64,000 nt of DNA, taken from Verrucomicrobiota bacterium. GTDB lineage: Bacteria; Verrucomicrobiota; Verrucomicrobiia; Limisphaerales; JAFGQR01. This document shows positions 1 through 14,100 of the stretch, one piece after another; position 1 is the first letter of the stretch, and the number at the start of each line of letters is the position of its first letter. Position numbers and translations under genes: made by a program. The notes beneath the pieces are model-generated. The model ran no database searches. It saw nothing but the letters and a program-made list of their open reading frames with translations, and was not told the DNA's origin. Location of the stretch: contig JAFGQR010000011.1 in the NCBI GenBank assembly GCA_016935555.1, positions 21,011 through 85,010 of the forward strand, in the 5' to 3' direction.

Positions 1-523
1 CGTCGCGGAGGGGGAGGTGAGTGGTGACGAGGGCGACGCGCAGCCAGCGTCCGCGGTCGTCGGTGCCGAGCAGCATCATGACGGGGTTGGGGGAGCCGGC
101 GAGGCCGGAGAGGAATTCGGTTTGGCCGACGAAGGGCTGGCCGCTGCGGATGATGGCGTGTTTGTTGACGGGGGCGGTGACGAGAGCGGCGGCTTGGCCC
201 TCGAGGCAGCGGCGGGTGCCTTCGCGCAGGGCGGCCACGGCGGACTGTGCGGCCTGGGGGGCGCCCGGGGGCAGGGAGGCGGGGTCGGGCAGGGGTGGGC
301 CGGGCGAGGCGATCGTCAGGCGGGCGTCGGGGGGGGCGTTCGATTCGGGATGGAGCGGCAGGTGAAGGCCGAGGCGGCGATTGAGGTTGAGGAGGGTGGG
401 AGCGTCGCCGAGCAGCACGTAACGGCTGGAGTCGGCCGGCCATTCGCGGGCCAGCGCTTTCAAGGCGACTTCGGGGCCGATGCCGGTGGGGTCGCCGATG
501 GTGATGGCGAAGGGTTTGGGCAC
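1..523 (-). CDS. pdxA: 4-hydroxythreonine-4-phosphate dehydrogenase PdxA (5' part; continues past left edge)
   Basis: This gene is not in the ORF track because it runs off the window. My reverse-complement translation from GTG at 523 reads VPKPFAITIGDPTGIGPEVALKAL...AALVTAPVNKHAI...FVGQTEFLSGL. That matches PdxA hallmarks (ITxGDPxGIGPE, TAPxNK, GxTEFL). It lies directly downstream of a SurA-like gene, as in the classical surA-pdxA arrangement. Confidence 0.8.
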   Translation of the reverse strand, partial: MPKPFAITIGDPTGIGPEVALKALAREWPADSSRYVLLGDAPTLLNLNRRLGLHLPLHPESNAPPDARLTIASPGPPLPDPASLPPGAPQAAQSAVAALREGTRRCLEGQAAALVTAPVNKHAIIRSGQPFVGQTEFLSGLAGSPNPVMMLLGTDDRGRWLRVALVTTHLPLRD

Positions 524-531
524 GGTCGGGG

Positions 532-1653
532 TTAGAAGTAGCGCACGAAAGCCTTGCCCCGGAGGCGCTCGATCCACTTGTCGCGGAGCCGCTGGGTCTC
601 GCGGCGCAACAACTCCTTCTCGATGTCGTCCTGGACCTCGGCCAGCGGCCGGGTGCGCGCGGGCCGTTTGTCCTCGACATAAATCAAGTAATAGTCGTCC
701 GGTTCGGCCAGGGCGAGTGCCTCTTGCGGGCTGACCGCGGTTTCCCGGATCATCTCTTCCTTGCCGGTGTCGGGGTTCCGGCGGTAATGGCGGACGGTGT
801 GCGGCTTGCCGGAGTCCGAGTAGAGGTGGACGGCGTAGGCATCGTCGCCGTCGCGCAGGATCCCGATCAGCGGGCCGTGGTGCTTGGGTTCAAGCCGGAC
901 GGCGACGTCCGCGATCCCTTTCGCCCAGAACGTCAGGGCCTGCCAGCCCCAGTCGCCACCGCCCTGGCCGGACGCGCCCTCGGAATAAATGGCGGTCATC
1001 TCGGCGAACGGCGCGCCCTGGGCGAGTTTGCGGGCGAGTTCGAGCATCAGGCGGCGGGTTTCGCCGGAGTCGTCGAGCCCGGCGGCGCTGCGCATAAGGG
1101 TGCGCATGTTGAGTTGATCGCCGACGGCGTAATTGGTGATGTGATCGCGGTAATAGCGCTCGATTTTGGCCGGGGAAACAAGGACGGCGGTGCCCTCATT
1201 GCGCTGGAGCATGGCCATGGTGATGAAATCCTCCCGGAGCCGCTGCCGGTAATCCTCATACGTCATGCCCTGGCCCTGCAGATCCTTCGTCAGATTCGCC
1301 CGGTCCCCGTAGCGCTCGCGAATCCGGCGCTTGATTTCGTCCTCGATCAGCGCTTCAGGGAACTGGAGGCCGGAGGTTTTGTAGTCGTTGAGGATGAGGT
1401 GCTGGGCGACGAGGTTGGTGAGGCTTTCCTGCATGACCGCCACGGCTTCGCGTTCGAGCTTGTCGGGGCGGTTCTTGTAAAGGCGGTCGATGCTTTCCAG
1501 CGCGCGGCGCGCGTTGAGCAGGACCTCGCCCTGGGTGATGACCGCGTCGTTCACCACCGCCAAGATCATGTTGGCCAGCGAGGGCTCGGCCCCCACAGGG
1601 CCCGTTCCCAGCCATCCAATCATCGCCGTCACAACCATCCATCTCATAGCCAT
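532..1653 (-). CDS. SurA-like periplasmic chaperone / parvulin-type peptidyl-prolyl isomerase
   Basis: The 373-aa ORF has an N-terminal signal peptide and a SurA_N-like helical region (VVNDAVITQGEV...). It also has a parvulin-like segment (FAEMTAIYSEGASGQGGGDWGW). Synteny with pdxA supports the call. Confidence 0.75.
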   Translation of the reverse strand: MAMRWMVVTAMIGWLGTGPVGAEPSLANMILAVVNDAVITQGEVLLNARRALESIDRLYKNRPDKLEREAVAVMQESLTNLVAQHLILNDYKTSGLQFPEALIEDEIKRRIRERYGDRANLTKDLQGQGMTYEDYRQRLREDFITMAMLQRNEGTAVLVSPAKIERYYRDHITNYAVGDQLNMRTLMRSAAGLDDSGETRRLMLELARKLAQGAPFAEMTAIYSEGASGQGGGDWGWQALTFWAKGIADVAVRLEPKHHGPLIGILRDGDDAYAVHLYSDSGKPHTVRHYRRNPDTGKEEMIRETAVSPQEALALAEPDDYYLIYVEDKRPARTRPLAEVQDDIEKELLRRETQRLRDKWIERLRGKAFVRYF

Positions 1654-1725
1654 GCCACCTCATACTAGGCGGGCGGGCTGCGACGGGTCAAGGGGGCAAG
1701 GGGCAAGGGCGCGGCGCGGCGGTGC

Positions 1726-1753
1726 TTGACACTCGGGAAGCGACGGCTAACCT
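1726..1753 (+). promoter_or_regulatory. Possible sigma70-type promoter for rpmH operon (-35 TTGACA 1726-1731, 16-nt spacer, -10-like TAACCT 1748-1753)
   Basis: The hexamers were read directly from the 190-bp surA-like/rpmH divergent intergenic region. There is no experimental support. Confidence 0.3.
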
Positions 1754-1842
1754 CTCGGCTTCCTGTTGTCGGGAGAGGCGACCGCTTTCCCGCGGGAGCG
1801 CGCGCGGGTTCAGCCCGGCGCGATGGACATCGAAAGCATGAC

Positions 1843-1980
1843 ATGAAACGAACATATCAACCGTCGAGAATCAGCCGGAAACGCCAGCACGGATTCCGCG
1901 GCCGCAATGCGAGCAAGTCGGGTCGCGGCATCCTGTCGAACCGGCGCCGCGTGGGCCGCAAGCGTTTGACGCCGGTGTGA
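1843..1980 (+). CDS. rpmH: 50S ribosomal protein L34
   Basis: The sequence [45 protein letters not shown] is near-canonical L34. The start was chosen at an internal ATG of track ORF 1726..1980. Confidence 0.95.
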   Translation: MKRTYQPSRISRKRQHGFRGRNASKSGRGILSNRRRVGRKRLTPV

Positions 1981-1992
1981 GGCGCCCGCCCC

Positions 1993-2370
1993 ATGGCCTC
2001 AGCCCCGTCAGCCCCCCGCACGCTTCGACGCCGCCAACGGCTCAAGAGCGGCCGCGATTTTCTCCGGGTCAAGGCGCAGGGCCGGCGGATGGCGCACGGT
2101 TGCCTGATTGCCAACTGGCTTGTGCTGCCGCCGGGCAGCGCGTCGCGTTTGGGCGTGGTGACCGGCCGGGCCCTGGGCGGCGCGGTCGTGCGCAACCGGG
2201 CGCGGCGGCTGTTGCGGGAGACTTACCGGCGGCACCGGCATGAACTGCGTCAGCCCGTGGACCTCGTCCTGGTGGCGCGCTCCTCGATCGTCGGCCGCAA
2301 ACTGGCGGAGGTCGAAAAGGACTACCTGGAGGTGCTGCAGCGTGCCCGGCTGGGGGCGGAGGCGGCATAG
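1993..2370 (+). CDS. rnpA: Ribonuclease P protein component
   Basis: This 125-aa basic protein sits immediately after rpmH. It carries an RNase P protein-like motif (LKSGRDFLRV..., VVRNRARRLLRE). Confidence 0.9.
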   Translation: MASAPSAPRTLRRRQRLKSGRDFLRVKAQGRRMAHGCLIANWLVLPPGSASRLGVVTGRALGGAVVRNRARRLLRETYRRHRHELRQPVDLVLVARSSIVGRKLAEVEKDYLEVLQRARLGAEAA

Positions 2371-2412
2371 GCGGCCGGCGCTCGCCAGACTTCCCAATCC
2401 GCGAAACGTCCC

Positions 2413-2787
2413 ATGAACCCCTCGAGCGTCACCGAAGGCCGGACTGCGTCCTTGTCGCGTCGTTTGAATCCGGCCCAGGCTGTTTTGGTGCTGCTGTTGC
2501 GAGGCTACCGGCTGGCGGTGTCGCCGCTGCTGGCCACCCTGGCGGCGTCGCCGGGGATGGGCTGCCGGTTCACGCCCACCTGCTCTCAATACGCGATTGA
2601 GGCGATCCAACGCCAGGGCGCCGCGCGGGGCGCGTGGCTCGCCCTGCGCCGCCTTCTGCGCTGCCATCCGTGGGGCGGCTTCGGGCCGGACCCGGTCCCG
2701 GGGGTGAGGGGTGCGCCGCCGCCGCCTGCGGACGGCGGAGCGGCGGCTGCGATATCGGCGAGCAAAGACTGCGAGCATGGATCGTAA
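2413..2787 (+). CDS. yidD: Membrane protein insertion efficiency factor YidD
   Basis: The core sequence YRLAVSPLL...[38 protein letters not shown] is the YidD signature. It overlaps the yidC start by 11 nt. Confidence 0.85.
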   Translation: MNPSSVTEGRTASLSRRLNPAQAVLVLLLRGYRLAVSPLLATLAASPGMGCRFTPTCSQYAIEAIQRQGAARGAWLALRRLLRCHPWGGFGPDPVPGVRGAPPPPADGGAAAAISASKDCEHGS

Positions 2788-4960
2788 GGGCGTTCTCATC
2801 CTGGTTATCTCCTTCGTGGCGCTGTTGATGTGGCCGGCGCTCATGCGGCAGCTTTATCCTCCCAAGCCCGTGCCGCTCGCGCAGCGCGCCCGCACCAACG
2901 ATCTTGCCGCCGCCACGAATGTGCCTGCGCCTGCCGCCCATGTCCCCCAGCCCAGCCCGCCCTCCGTGCCGGCGGCGGAGGCCGCCCCGGCCGCGTCGAA
3001 GGCTGCCGACGTTCCGGCGGAGCAGGTGCTGGTGCTGACCAACCAGGAGACGCGCTATCTGTTCACCACCCACGGAGGCGGCCTGAAGCGCATCGAGCTG
3101 ATGGATTACCCGGCACAGGTCTCCAAACGATCCAGGCGCTTCCCCGCGGCGGCCGCCTGGGCCAGCCTCAACACGTCCGCCCTCGCCCCGGTCATGGGAG
3201 GCGGAAGCGCCGCGCTGCAGGGCGACGGGGTGTTTGCGCTGAGCCGGCACGGCGCAGGGGTTCGGGCGGAGAAGACGCTGACGAACGGGCTGGCGGTGAT
3301 CAAGGATTTCGAGCTGCTGAGCAACCGGTTGTTCCAGGTGACCCTCCGGCTTGAAAACCGGTCGTCCCAGCCGCTCGCCCTGCCCGTCCAGGAGTGGATC
3401 GCCGGCACGGCAACGCCCGCCGGCGCGGCCGACGACGCGAACATGCTCGGAGTCTTCTGGTATGATGGCCGGGGGGCGGACCATGTGCAAGCCGGCTGGT
3501 TTGCCAATCGGACCCTGGGCTGCTTCCCGGGCACGCCGCGCGAAGTCTTCACGGGCGGCGAGAACAACGTCGGCTGGGTGGCGGTGCACAACCAGTTTTT
3601 TGCCCTCGCGGTGATCGCGCCCACCCAGGACCCAGCCAGCCAGGTGATCGCGCGGGAAATCCCCCTGCCGCCCCTGGTGGAACCCGCCGATGCCGCCGGT
3701 CCCGGCGGATTGGAGGCGCAAGGCCAGGGCTGGTTGTTTGGGCCGGACGACTTTCGCGACCTGGGCGGGCTGGCGCTGAAGCTGGGCAGTTCGGCGGATG
3801 CGTTGTCGCTGCATCTGAGCCGGCAGCTCTCGGAACCCACGCGCGCGCAACTGCCGTCCGCAGGCCAAAGCCGGGTGGTGAGCGAGGCCTTCCGCGAGGT
3901 GTTCATCGCCGATCTGAATCGCATCCTCCAGGGGCCCTCCCTCTACGAGGCAAACCGCGATCATTTCTCCCGGACGCCCCTTCCGGAGAAGGTGCGGCGC
4001 TGGGTGGAGCAGGTGAGGTGGCCGGAGGAGGTGGTGCGGGGGAACCGGCTGGCGCTGCAGCACGCTTACAGCCGGGAGCTGGTGCCGCACGAGGTGGGTT
4101 TTGAGGCCAGCCTGGTCTATCCCGCATCCCAGCTGGCGCCGGGTGCGGCCAGCGAGCGCACGTTCATGGTTTATGCCGGGCCGAAGGAATACAGAACCCT
4201 GTCGCGCCTGGGCGGCCGGTGGAAGAACGACCTGGATGCCATCATGGATTTCGGTGTGTTCGGCTGGTTTGCGCAGCTGCTCCTGCTGTCCATGAACGGT
4301 CTCAACTCGCTGGGCTTTTCCTACGGCTGGGCCATCATCGTCATCACGATTGTCATCAAGATCCTTTTCTGGCCGCTGACGAACGTCAGCACCCGCTCCA
4401 TGAAGCGGATGGCGGCGCTGCAGCCGCAGATGAAGGCGCTGCAGGACAAATACAAGGAGGATCCCCAGAAGCTGCAGCACAAGATGTGGGAGTTTTACAA
4501 GGAGCACAAGATCAACCCCGCCGCCGGCTGCCTGCCCGTCCTGGTCCAAATGCCGATCTTCTTCGGGTTTTTCACCATGATCCGCACGGCGATCGAACTG
4601 CGCGGCGCGCGTTTTCTGTGGATCACCGACCTCTCCCAGCCCGACACGCTCTTCATGGTGCCCGGCCTGAATGTGCCGTTCAACCTGCTCCCCTTGATCA
4701 TGGGGGCCACGATGCTCTGGCAAGCCCGACTCACCCCCGCCTCCCCCGGCATGGATCCCATGCAGCAGAAGCTGATGAAATACATGCCGCTGATCTTTCT
4801 GGCGATGCTTTACAACTTCTCCGCGGGCTTGACGCTCTACTGGACTGTGCAAAACTTGCTGAGCATTGTGCAGACCAAACTGACACGAACCGCGGAAGCC
4901 CGCCCCGGTCCGCCTCCAACCCCGGTGTCTGTGCCCCTTCAAAAACGCAAACGCAAATGA
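2777..4960 (+). CDS. yidC: Membrane protein insertase YidC
   Basis: The start is set at the internal ATG ([22 protein letters not shown]) of track ORF 2711..4960. The C-terminal 60-kDa inner-membrane-protein core is present ([18 protein letters not shown]...[33 protein letters not shown]...[15 protein letters not shown]). Confidence 0.95.
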   Translation: MDRKGVLILVISFVALLMWPALMRQLYPPKPVPLAQRARTNDLAAATNVPAPAAHVPQPSPPSVPAAEAAPAASKAADVPAEQVLVLTNQETRYLFTTHGGGLKRIELMDYPAQVSKRSRRFPAAAAWASLNTSALAPVMGGGSAALQGDGVFALSRHGAGVRAEKTLTNGLAVIKDFELLSNRLFQVTLRLENRSSQPLALPVQEWIAGTATPAGAADDANMLGVFWYDGRGADHVQAGWFANRTLGCFPGTPREVFTGGENNVGWVAVHNQFFALAVIAPTQDPASQVIAREIPLPPLVEPADAAGPGGLEAQGQGWLFGPDDFRDLGGLALKLGSSADALSLHLSRQLSEPTRAQLPSAGQSRVVSEAFREVFIADLNRILQGPSLYEANRDHFSRTPLPEKVRRWVEQVRWPEEVVRGNRLALQHAYSRELVPHEVGFEASLVYPASQLAPGAASERTFMVYAGPKEYRTLSRLGGRWKNDLDAIMDFGVFGWFAQLLLLSMNGLNSLGFSYGWAIIVITIVIKILFWPLTNVSTRSMKRMAALQPQMKALQDKYKEDPQKLQHKMWEFYKEHKINPAAGCLPVLVQMPIFFGFFTMIRTAIELRGARFLWITDLSQPDTLFMVPGLNVPFNLLPLIMGATMLWQARLTPASPGMDPMQQKLMKYMPLIFLAMLYNFSAGLTLYWTVQNLLSIVQTKLTRTAEARPGPPPTPVSVPLQKRKRK

Positions 4961-5460
4961 ATCCGCAGCCGGGGTCCGATCCCGCACGGAACAACCGTCC
5001 GCCACACCTTATGCCAGCCAACCCTAAAGAAACCCTCGAAGAAATCCTCAAGCTCATGGGCTTCGACGCCACGGTCCAGGAACAGCACCTGCCGGACGGC
5101 ATCCTGCTGGATGTCCAGATGCCGGACGCGGGCCGCCTGATCGGCCGCCAGGGCCAGACCCTGTCGGACCTTCAATACCTGGTCAATCGCATCTCGTTCG
5201 AAGGCGACCCCAGTGTGCCGAAAGTCAGCGTCGACATCGGGAGCTATCGTTCGCAGGCCCGTGAAGCCATCATCAAGAAGGCCAAAGACGCCGCCGACAA
5301 AGTGCGCCGCTGGGGCGACGTGGTCGAGCTGGAACCCATGAACGCCTTCGACCGGCGCATCGTTCACAACGCCCTCAAAGACGACCCCGGCGTCGAAACC
5401 AAAAGCGTCGAGGTCGAAGGCACCGACAAAAAGGCCATTCTCCTCCGGCCCAAGCATTGA
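4957..5460 (+). CDS. jag: Jag/KhpB-type RNA-binding protein (KH + R3H domains)
   Basis: The start shares an ATGA overlap with the yidC stop. It has a KH-like segment (GRLIGRQGQTLSDLQYLV) and an R3H motif (MNAFDRRIVHNALKDDPGVETKSVE). Its position after yidC is conserved. Confidence 0.85.
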   Translation: MNPQPGSDPARNNRPPHLMPANPKETLEEILKLMGFDATVQEQHLPDGILLDVQMPDAGRLIGRQGQTLSDLQYLVNRISFEGDPSVPKVSVDIGSYRSQAREAIIKKAKDAADKVRRWGDVVELEPMNAFDRRIVHNALKDDPGVETKSVEVEGTDKKAILLRPKH

Positions 5461-5473
5461 ACCCCCGGCCGGC

Positions 5474-5902
5474 TCAATACACCGGCGCCGGCAGGGTCCG
5501 CCACTCCGCGACCTTGTTGTCCTGAAAGATCACCTCGGCACTGACATATTCCATCGGATAATACGACGTCGCCAGATACGGATGGCTCCAGACGTAGCCG
5601 CCGCCCACGTAGCTCTGATGCGTCCAATACCGATACGACTTCAGCCGGTTCCCCTGATACAGCCACGTCACCCACCTGCCTTGCGACGTCTCGTTGGTCA
5701 ATGCCTGCGCGGGCTTCCCCCACGCCATATACACCGCCTCCGGACTCATCCCGAGCTGCACCTCGCCCCGGTCCACCGCCGCCCGCAATTCGGGCGTCAG
5801 CCCGGCATAAACCGCCGCGTGCTCCCGCCGGCGTTTCTCGAGGGTGGAGGCACACCCGGCGGCGAATACCGCCAATGCCATGACCCATGCCACACGTTTC
5901 AT
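5474..5902 (-). CDS. Lipoprotein, function unknown (BamE/SmpA-like motif possible)
   Basis: An internal ATG gives MKRVAWVMALAVFAAGC, which is a signal peptide with a lipobox. The segment GMSPEAVYMAWGKP resembles SmpA/OmlA-type lipoproteins. The upstream part of track ORF 5474..6016 looks non-coding. Confidence 0.6.
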   Translation of the reverse strand: MKRVAWVMALAVFAAGCASTLEKRRREHAAVYAGLTPELRAAVDRGEVQLGMSPEAVYMAWGKPAQALTNETSQGRWVTWLYQGNRLKSYRYWTHQSYVGGGYVWSHPYLATSYYPMEYVSAEVIFQDNKVAEWRTLPAPVY

Positions 5903-6077
5903 GGCCCCATCCTCGCATGCCCCGGGCGCCGTGGAAAACCCAAAATCGCGCCCCGCCCTCCCTGGCCCCCCGGCGGCCCTGCCGCCGGCCCGGCACCGCG
6001 CACGGCCCGGGGGCACAAACCATTTGAACCGGGCAGCGGGCGGATTTAGACTGGCGCCCGCGATTGAACTTTCGAGT

Positions 6078-9549
<3,472 letters not shown>

Positions 9550-9666
9550 GGAGCAACTTGTTTGAACGCCAGGTCGTGCCCCATGGGCCCAGTCGGCGGG
9601 CGCCCTCGCCCCCAACCGGTCGAATATACCAGCGGGCCCAGAGGGGGGGGGCGCGGGGGGCAAAAT

Positions 9667-9799
9667 TTAGTTCAGAGCGTGAACGCGAGCAGGATAGTCA
9701 TAGCCCACGGCCGTATGCGGCCGTTGGTTGTTGTAGAGCCACACCGCCTGGTCGACAACCTGGCGGAGCTGGCGCTTGATCGCAAACTCCTGGATGTTG
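9667..9799 (-). pseudogene. Remnant of a transposase (C-terminal end of an rve/integrase-core domain)
   Basis: Only the last ~43 codons of track ORF 9667..10089 look genuine: NIQEFAIKRQLRQVVDQAVWLYNNQRPHTAVGYDYPARVHALN. This is the typical '...YNxxRPHxAxGY' transposase tail. There is no upstream catalytic region and no inverted repeats were seen. Confidence 0.5.
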
Positions 9800-9842
9800 G
9801 GCGTTGGCTGTTGGCCGTTGGCCGTTGACGGTTCGATGCCGC

Positions 9843-11024
9843 CTAACGCTGGTAGAGAGGCACGTAGTGATAGGGCATGGCCAGGATCATCGTGTAGACC
9901 GCAGTGCAGTAGACTTGCCCGACCCCGCCGCGGCCCTGGTCCAGACTGGGTTCCCAGTGGCAGGCCTGGCCTTTCCTGGACACGGCGCCGAGCAGGATCT
10001 CCTTGATCTTGCCATACCACCGGCTCCACGTCTCGCCGCCGATCATGTATTGGGCGGGAGCGGCGTAGAAATTGCCATACGTGAACCATTCCTGGCGCGC
10101 CTTTTGGTTTTTGAGCAAATACTCGGAGCCGGCTTTCACCATGCGATCTTCATACAGGCCGCACACCTGCAGCGAATAAATCGCCGCCGCGGTCCGGGCA
10201 AAGCCGGGTTCGCGTCCGGGCTGGTAGGCGAAGCCGCCGCTGGAGGCGTGGTGGCAGGCCTTGACGTATTTGACGGCGTTATCGATGGTTTTTTGGGGCA
10301 CGTTGAGCCCCGCGTTCTTGGCCGCACGCAACGCCACCACCTGCAGCACCGTCACCGAAATGTCGGCGTCGCTCGCCACGGGCCGGTAGCGCCAGCCGCC
10401 TTCGCGGTTTTGCGACGTGAGGATCACGCGGATGATTTTTTCCAGCTTGGAGCGCATGGTTGGCAACCGCATTTGCCCATACAGCTCGGCCAGGGCGATC
10501 GCCGCCACGCCGTGCCCATACATGTACTGGCCGCTGTTGCGATCGCTGAACAGCCCGTCCGGACCCGTCGAGTCCAGGAGGAACTTCACGCCGGCGCTGA
10601 CATGCTTGCCGTACTCGCCTTCGCCGGGCAACTGGCCCGCCGCCTGGAAGGCCATCAGCGTGTAACCCGTCATGGCAATCGGATGCCGTTTCTCCTCGCC
10701 CGAGCTGCCCCACGCCCCGTTGGGTTGCTGCTCCGCCGCCAGCCACTTCAACGCCCCCTTGATCACCCCCTCGGTCTTCTCGTCGACCACCACCGGATCG
10801 CCCGAAGGCGGCGCCGGCTGCGCCGCGGGCACGGGCGACCCCAGCAGCAGGACCAGCAGCGCCCAGCCGAACCAGCAACCGGCCGGGAACCCCCAACCTC
10901 GAACGCCAAGCGCCGACTGCCGAAGAACCCGCGCACGCGTCGTTCGGGGTTGGATGGCGGACGTTGAACGCTCGGTGGCGGCGGTGTCCCGGTTTCTGGA
11001 TTGGCCCCGTTCGCATTGGCGCAT
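9843..11024 (-). CDS. Secreted prenyltransferase/squalene-oxidase-repeat (terpenoid-cyclase-fold) protein
   Basis: It has repeated 'GGW/GAWG' alpha-alpha-toroid-type motifs (QQPNGAWGSS; SQNREGGWRYRP; ASSGGFAYQPG). A hydrophobic signal region (GCWFGWALLVLLLGSPVPAAQ) is present. The start is uncertain; I used the internal ATG MRQCERG. Confidence 0.65.
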   Translation of the reverse strand: MRQCERGQSRNRDTAATERSTSAIQPRTTRARVLRQSALGVRGWGFPAGCWFGWALLVLLLGSPVPAAQPAPPSGDPVVVDEKTEGVIKGALKWLAAEQQPNGAWGSSGEEKRHPIAMTGYTLMAFQAAGQLPGEGEYGKHVSAGVKFLLDSTGPDGLFSDRNSGQYMYGHGVAAIALAELYGQMRLPTMRSKLEKIIRVILTSQNREGGWRYRPVASDADISVTVLQVVALRAAKNAGLNVPQKTIDNAVKYVKACHHASSGGFAYQPGREPGFARTAAAIYSLQVCGLYEDRMVKAGSEYLLKNQKARQEWFTYGNFYAAPAQYMIGGETWSRWYGKIKEILLGAVSRKGQACHWEPSLDQGRGGVGQVYCTAVYTMILAMPYHYVPLYQR

Positions 11025-11183
11025 GGATCGGGCCCGTGAACGATCGCGGGCTGAAGCGCGCTGAAGCCCGCGCCCCGGGAGCGGGGTGCGGCATTGGGCC
11101 CGCTCCGCGTCTCGTCGAAGCGCGCGGGCTGGAAGGTTCTTGCGGTTCATGAATCTGCGGAGGCCCGGGGCGGCAGTCGGATC

Positions 11184-14100
11184 CTATCGTTGCTGCGTCG
11201 CTTGGTCGGACAGGTTCTTGAGATACTGTTCGACCATCGGCCCGTATTCGCGGGGGTATTTCTCGCCCTGGGATTGCCGGATGGCCGCCCGGTCGCGCGC
11301 TGGCAGGCCCGTGTATGCGCCGAGACCCGTGCCGGCCTGGTGGGGACCGTTGGCGCCGCCTGACCCCGCCCAGTTGCCTTGGCGGCCTGTGCCTTGGGGA
11401 GAGGGTTGTCCCTGGCCCTGGCCCTGGCCTTGACCTTGGCCTTGACCTTGGCCTTGACCTTGGCCTTGACCTTTCCCCTGGCCTTGCCCTTGCCCTTGCC
11501 CTTGGCCTTCTCCCTGACCCTGGCCCTGGCCTTCGCCTCGCAGGGCCATATCCGCCCCGAGTCCCGCCTGCGCCAGCGCCAGCGCCGCTTGCGCCTGGGA
11601 AAGCGCCTGCGCCGCCGCCGCGGCGCTGGTTTGGGCCGGTTCTTTCTGGCGTGCCGACGATTGGGCTGCCCCGTCAATCAGGGAGCCTTCGGCCGATTGC
11701 AGCGCCCCTTGAGCGGCTGCCGGCATGGCACCCATGGCGCCGGCGGTCAGCGGGCTGATGTTGCCTGCGGCGTTCTCCAGCAATTCGGAGGCGGCCTGCA
11801 TGGATTGGGCGGGCGCGGCGCGTTGTGACGCAAGCAGCGCCTCGGCCATCGACCGCACCTCATGTTGTCGCTGCGCGAGGTCGGACATGGCGGGAGCCCC
11901 GGGACGGCCGGCGGGGGTGGGGGGACGGGGCGGATGGGGGGAGCCCTGTTGAGCGGGCGGGGGTTCGGATGTCATGGCCTGCTGCAGGGCGTTTTCGGTG
12001 TTCTTCATGGAGCCGATCGCGGCAGTCAGGTTGGCTTGATCCAACTGCCGCGCGGCCTGACCGGCCGCCTCGTGGGCGCGCTGCACCGGCGCTGCGGCCG
12101 GCGCGTTGCGACTGTGCGGCGCGAGGACATCGGCAATTTCCTGTTGTTGTTGGGCGAGCGACTCGAGCAGGCCGGGATCGGCTTGGAGCAATTCGGCTTC
12201 GGCCTGGTGGACATTCTGCAAGGCATGGTCGATGAGAGCCGACGCTTCGGCGAGGGATTGGAGGTCGCCGGCTGGCGGCAGTCCCAAAAGCGCGCGCAGT
12301 TCGTCCATCTTCGCGTCCATCGCGTGTTTGGCCTGGTAGAGTTCGGAGAGGGCCTGGGTTTGGCTGGGCTTGGCGGCCTCGGGGGCGTGGCGGGTGAGCT
12401 GGGACTTCGCGGCGTCCATGCCGGAGGTTGCCTTGCCGAGATGGCCGGCGGCTTGGGGGACCGGGGCGGAGGCGTCCTGTTGCAACGCGCGCGTTTCCCC
12501 CGCAATCTCGTTCTGGCGAGCGGCCAGGGCATGGTCGTTGGGGTCGTTGGGCCGGGGTTGCACGGCCGCCTTGGCGGTGTCCATTTGAACGTGGTGCTCC
12601 TCCTCAATGATGCCGACCAGGCGCTCGCGCATCTTCTCCAGGCTTGCCAAATCCCGCTCAGCCTGCTCGAGGCGGGCGATGTCCTGCGCCAGTTGCACGT
12701 CGGCGCGCCGCAACGCGTCGACCGCGGCCTGTTGAGCGGTTTCGTTGTTCTTGCCCTCGGCGAGTGAGGTTTGGGAATTCTGCATTTGGGTGGCGGCTTC
12801 GCCGAGCGATTCGGCGGCGGCGGGGGAGGGGGAGGCGGCCCGGGCCTGAATGGCCTGGGCGCGGTCTTTGAGTTCGCCCTGGGCGGCGGCCCGGGTGGGC
12901 AGGTCCTTGCGGTTTTTGAGGGCGAGTTCGCGCGTGTGGTTTTGGAGTTTCTCCTCCTGGGCGGCCAGGTTGCGGACCTGCTCCTGCAGATCCTTCAGGG
13001 TCTGGAGGCGGTTTTCGGGCTGGAGGGCAAGCTGTTCGGCCTTGGCCAGCTGCTCCTGGAGGGCCTGTCGGGCCTGCTGCATGTGCGTGAGGGCAGCGCT
13101 TTGAAGCGGCGGCGCCTTGTCCCGTTTCTGGCGGGGATCCTCGTGGCTGTTGAGCACGCTGCGGGCTTCCTGCAACTTGTCCGTGGCGGTTTTCAAGGAC
13201 TCGGCGGCAACCGGCGCGATGCTGTCAACGTCGCGCCGGATCAGGTCGGTGGCGTCGACAACGGCGGCCTGCTGGGTTTCGGTCTCTTCGGCGGTGTCTT
13301 TGTCGACTTGGGCGGTGGCGGCGATGACGTTGCGCTGGTCGTCCATGGCACGTTCCAGTTCCAGGATGGCTTGCTTCAGCACGTCCATGGCGTCGGGCGT
13401 CATGAGAAGCGTGCGCGCAAGGTCGCGCAGCTGGTCGCGGATCTTCTTTTCGCTGCCGGTGGCGCTCAGGAGTTTGCCCGCCGCCAGTTCCTCGACGGCG
13501 GCGGCGAGAGCGGGTCGAAGGCCGCCGTGCTCGGCCTGGTCCAGCGCCGCCTTGGGCCGTTCGGCTGTGGGGGCGTCTCCCATCTCCGCCACGAGCTTCT
13601 CGAGCCGCGAGAGGATGAACCGGGATTCGTCCCGGATGGTTTCCTGCTCGGTCTGCTGGAATTTCCAGTTGATTTTCTGGCCGTCGTCATAGGCGTTCGG
13701 CGTGCGGTTCTTGGTTTTTCTGGCGAGCCACACGCCGAGCCACATGTTGTCGGTCTGCTTGCGGGCCAGTTCCTTGAGGCGCAGGGAGATTTCGTAGATG
13801 GCCTGCTGGCGCCGGTATTCGAGCACGAGTTGTTTGAGCTGGGTGACGATGATCTTCTGGCTGGAATAGGCGTCCGAGGCGCTCCGGGTGGAGGTCTGCA
13901 TGTCTTCGGACTGTCGCGCCATCTCCAACAGTTCGATGACCCGCCCCATGTCCTTGTCCGTCAGACGCGCTAGCACGCTCCGAATCGCCTCGAGCATCCG
14001 CGCCGATTCGCCGCCGATATCGTTGATCTCCAGCTCCTGAACGATCGCGTCCAGATGCTCGCCCACGCGGCGCGTCGTGTGGCGGATCTGCTCCTGCTTG

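Noticed and set aside
17-535. Two plus-strand ORFs (172 aa and 114 aa) lie at the left edge.
   Set aside because: Both are Gly/Ala/Arg-rich nonsense. The reverse strand of the same region translates cleanly as PdxA.
1654-1842. This could be a replication origin, because rpmH-rnpA-yidC clusters often sit near dnaA/oriC.
   Set aside because: There is no dnaA gene in the window. I saw no TTATCCACA-like DnaA boxes or AT-rich unwinding element in this 190-bp GC-rich spacer.
2570-5005. An 811-aa ORF lies antisense to yidC. Similar very long antisense or alternative-frame ORFs occur elsewhere: 5364..7592, 7500..9530, 7723..9483, 14242..16059, 22662..26825 (1387 aa), 33502..35067, 35042..37555, 39159..41936, 44784..46961 and 48860..50974.
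   Set aside because: In ~65 % GC DNA, stop-free antisense frames are expected. Their translations are Arg/Gly/Pro/His-rich low-complexity strings with no recognisable motifs. The opposite-strand genes all carry strong family signatures.
11406-11536. The regular short repeats were considered as a possible CRISPR-like or non-coding array.
   Set aside because: The unit is 6 nt with no spacers, and it sits in frame inside a long ORF encoding (GQ)n. It is a coding microsatellite, not CRISPR. No CRISPR array was seen anywhere in the window.
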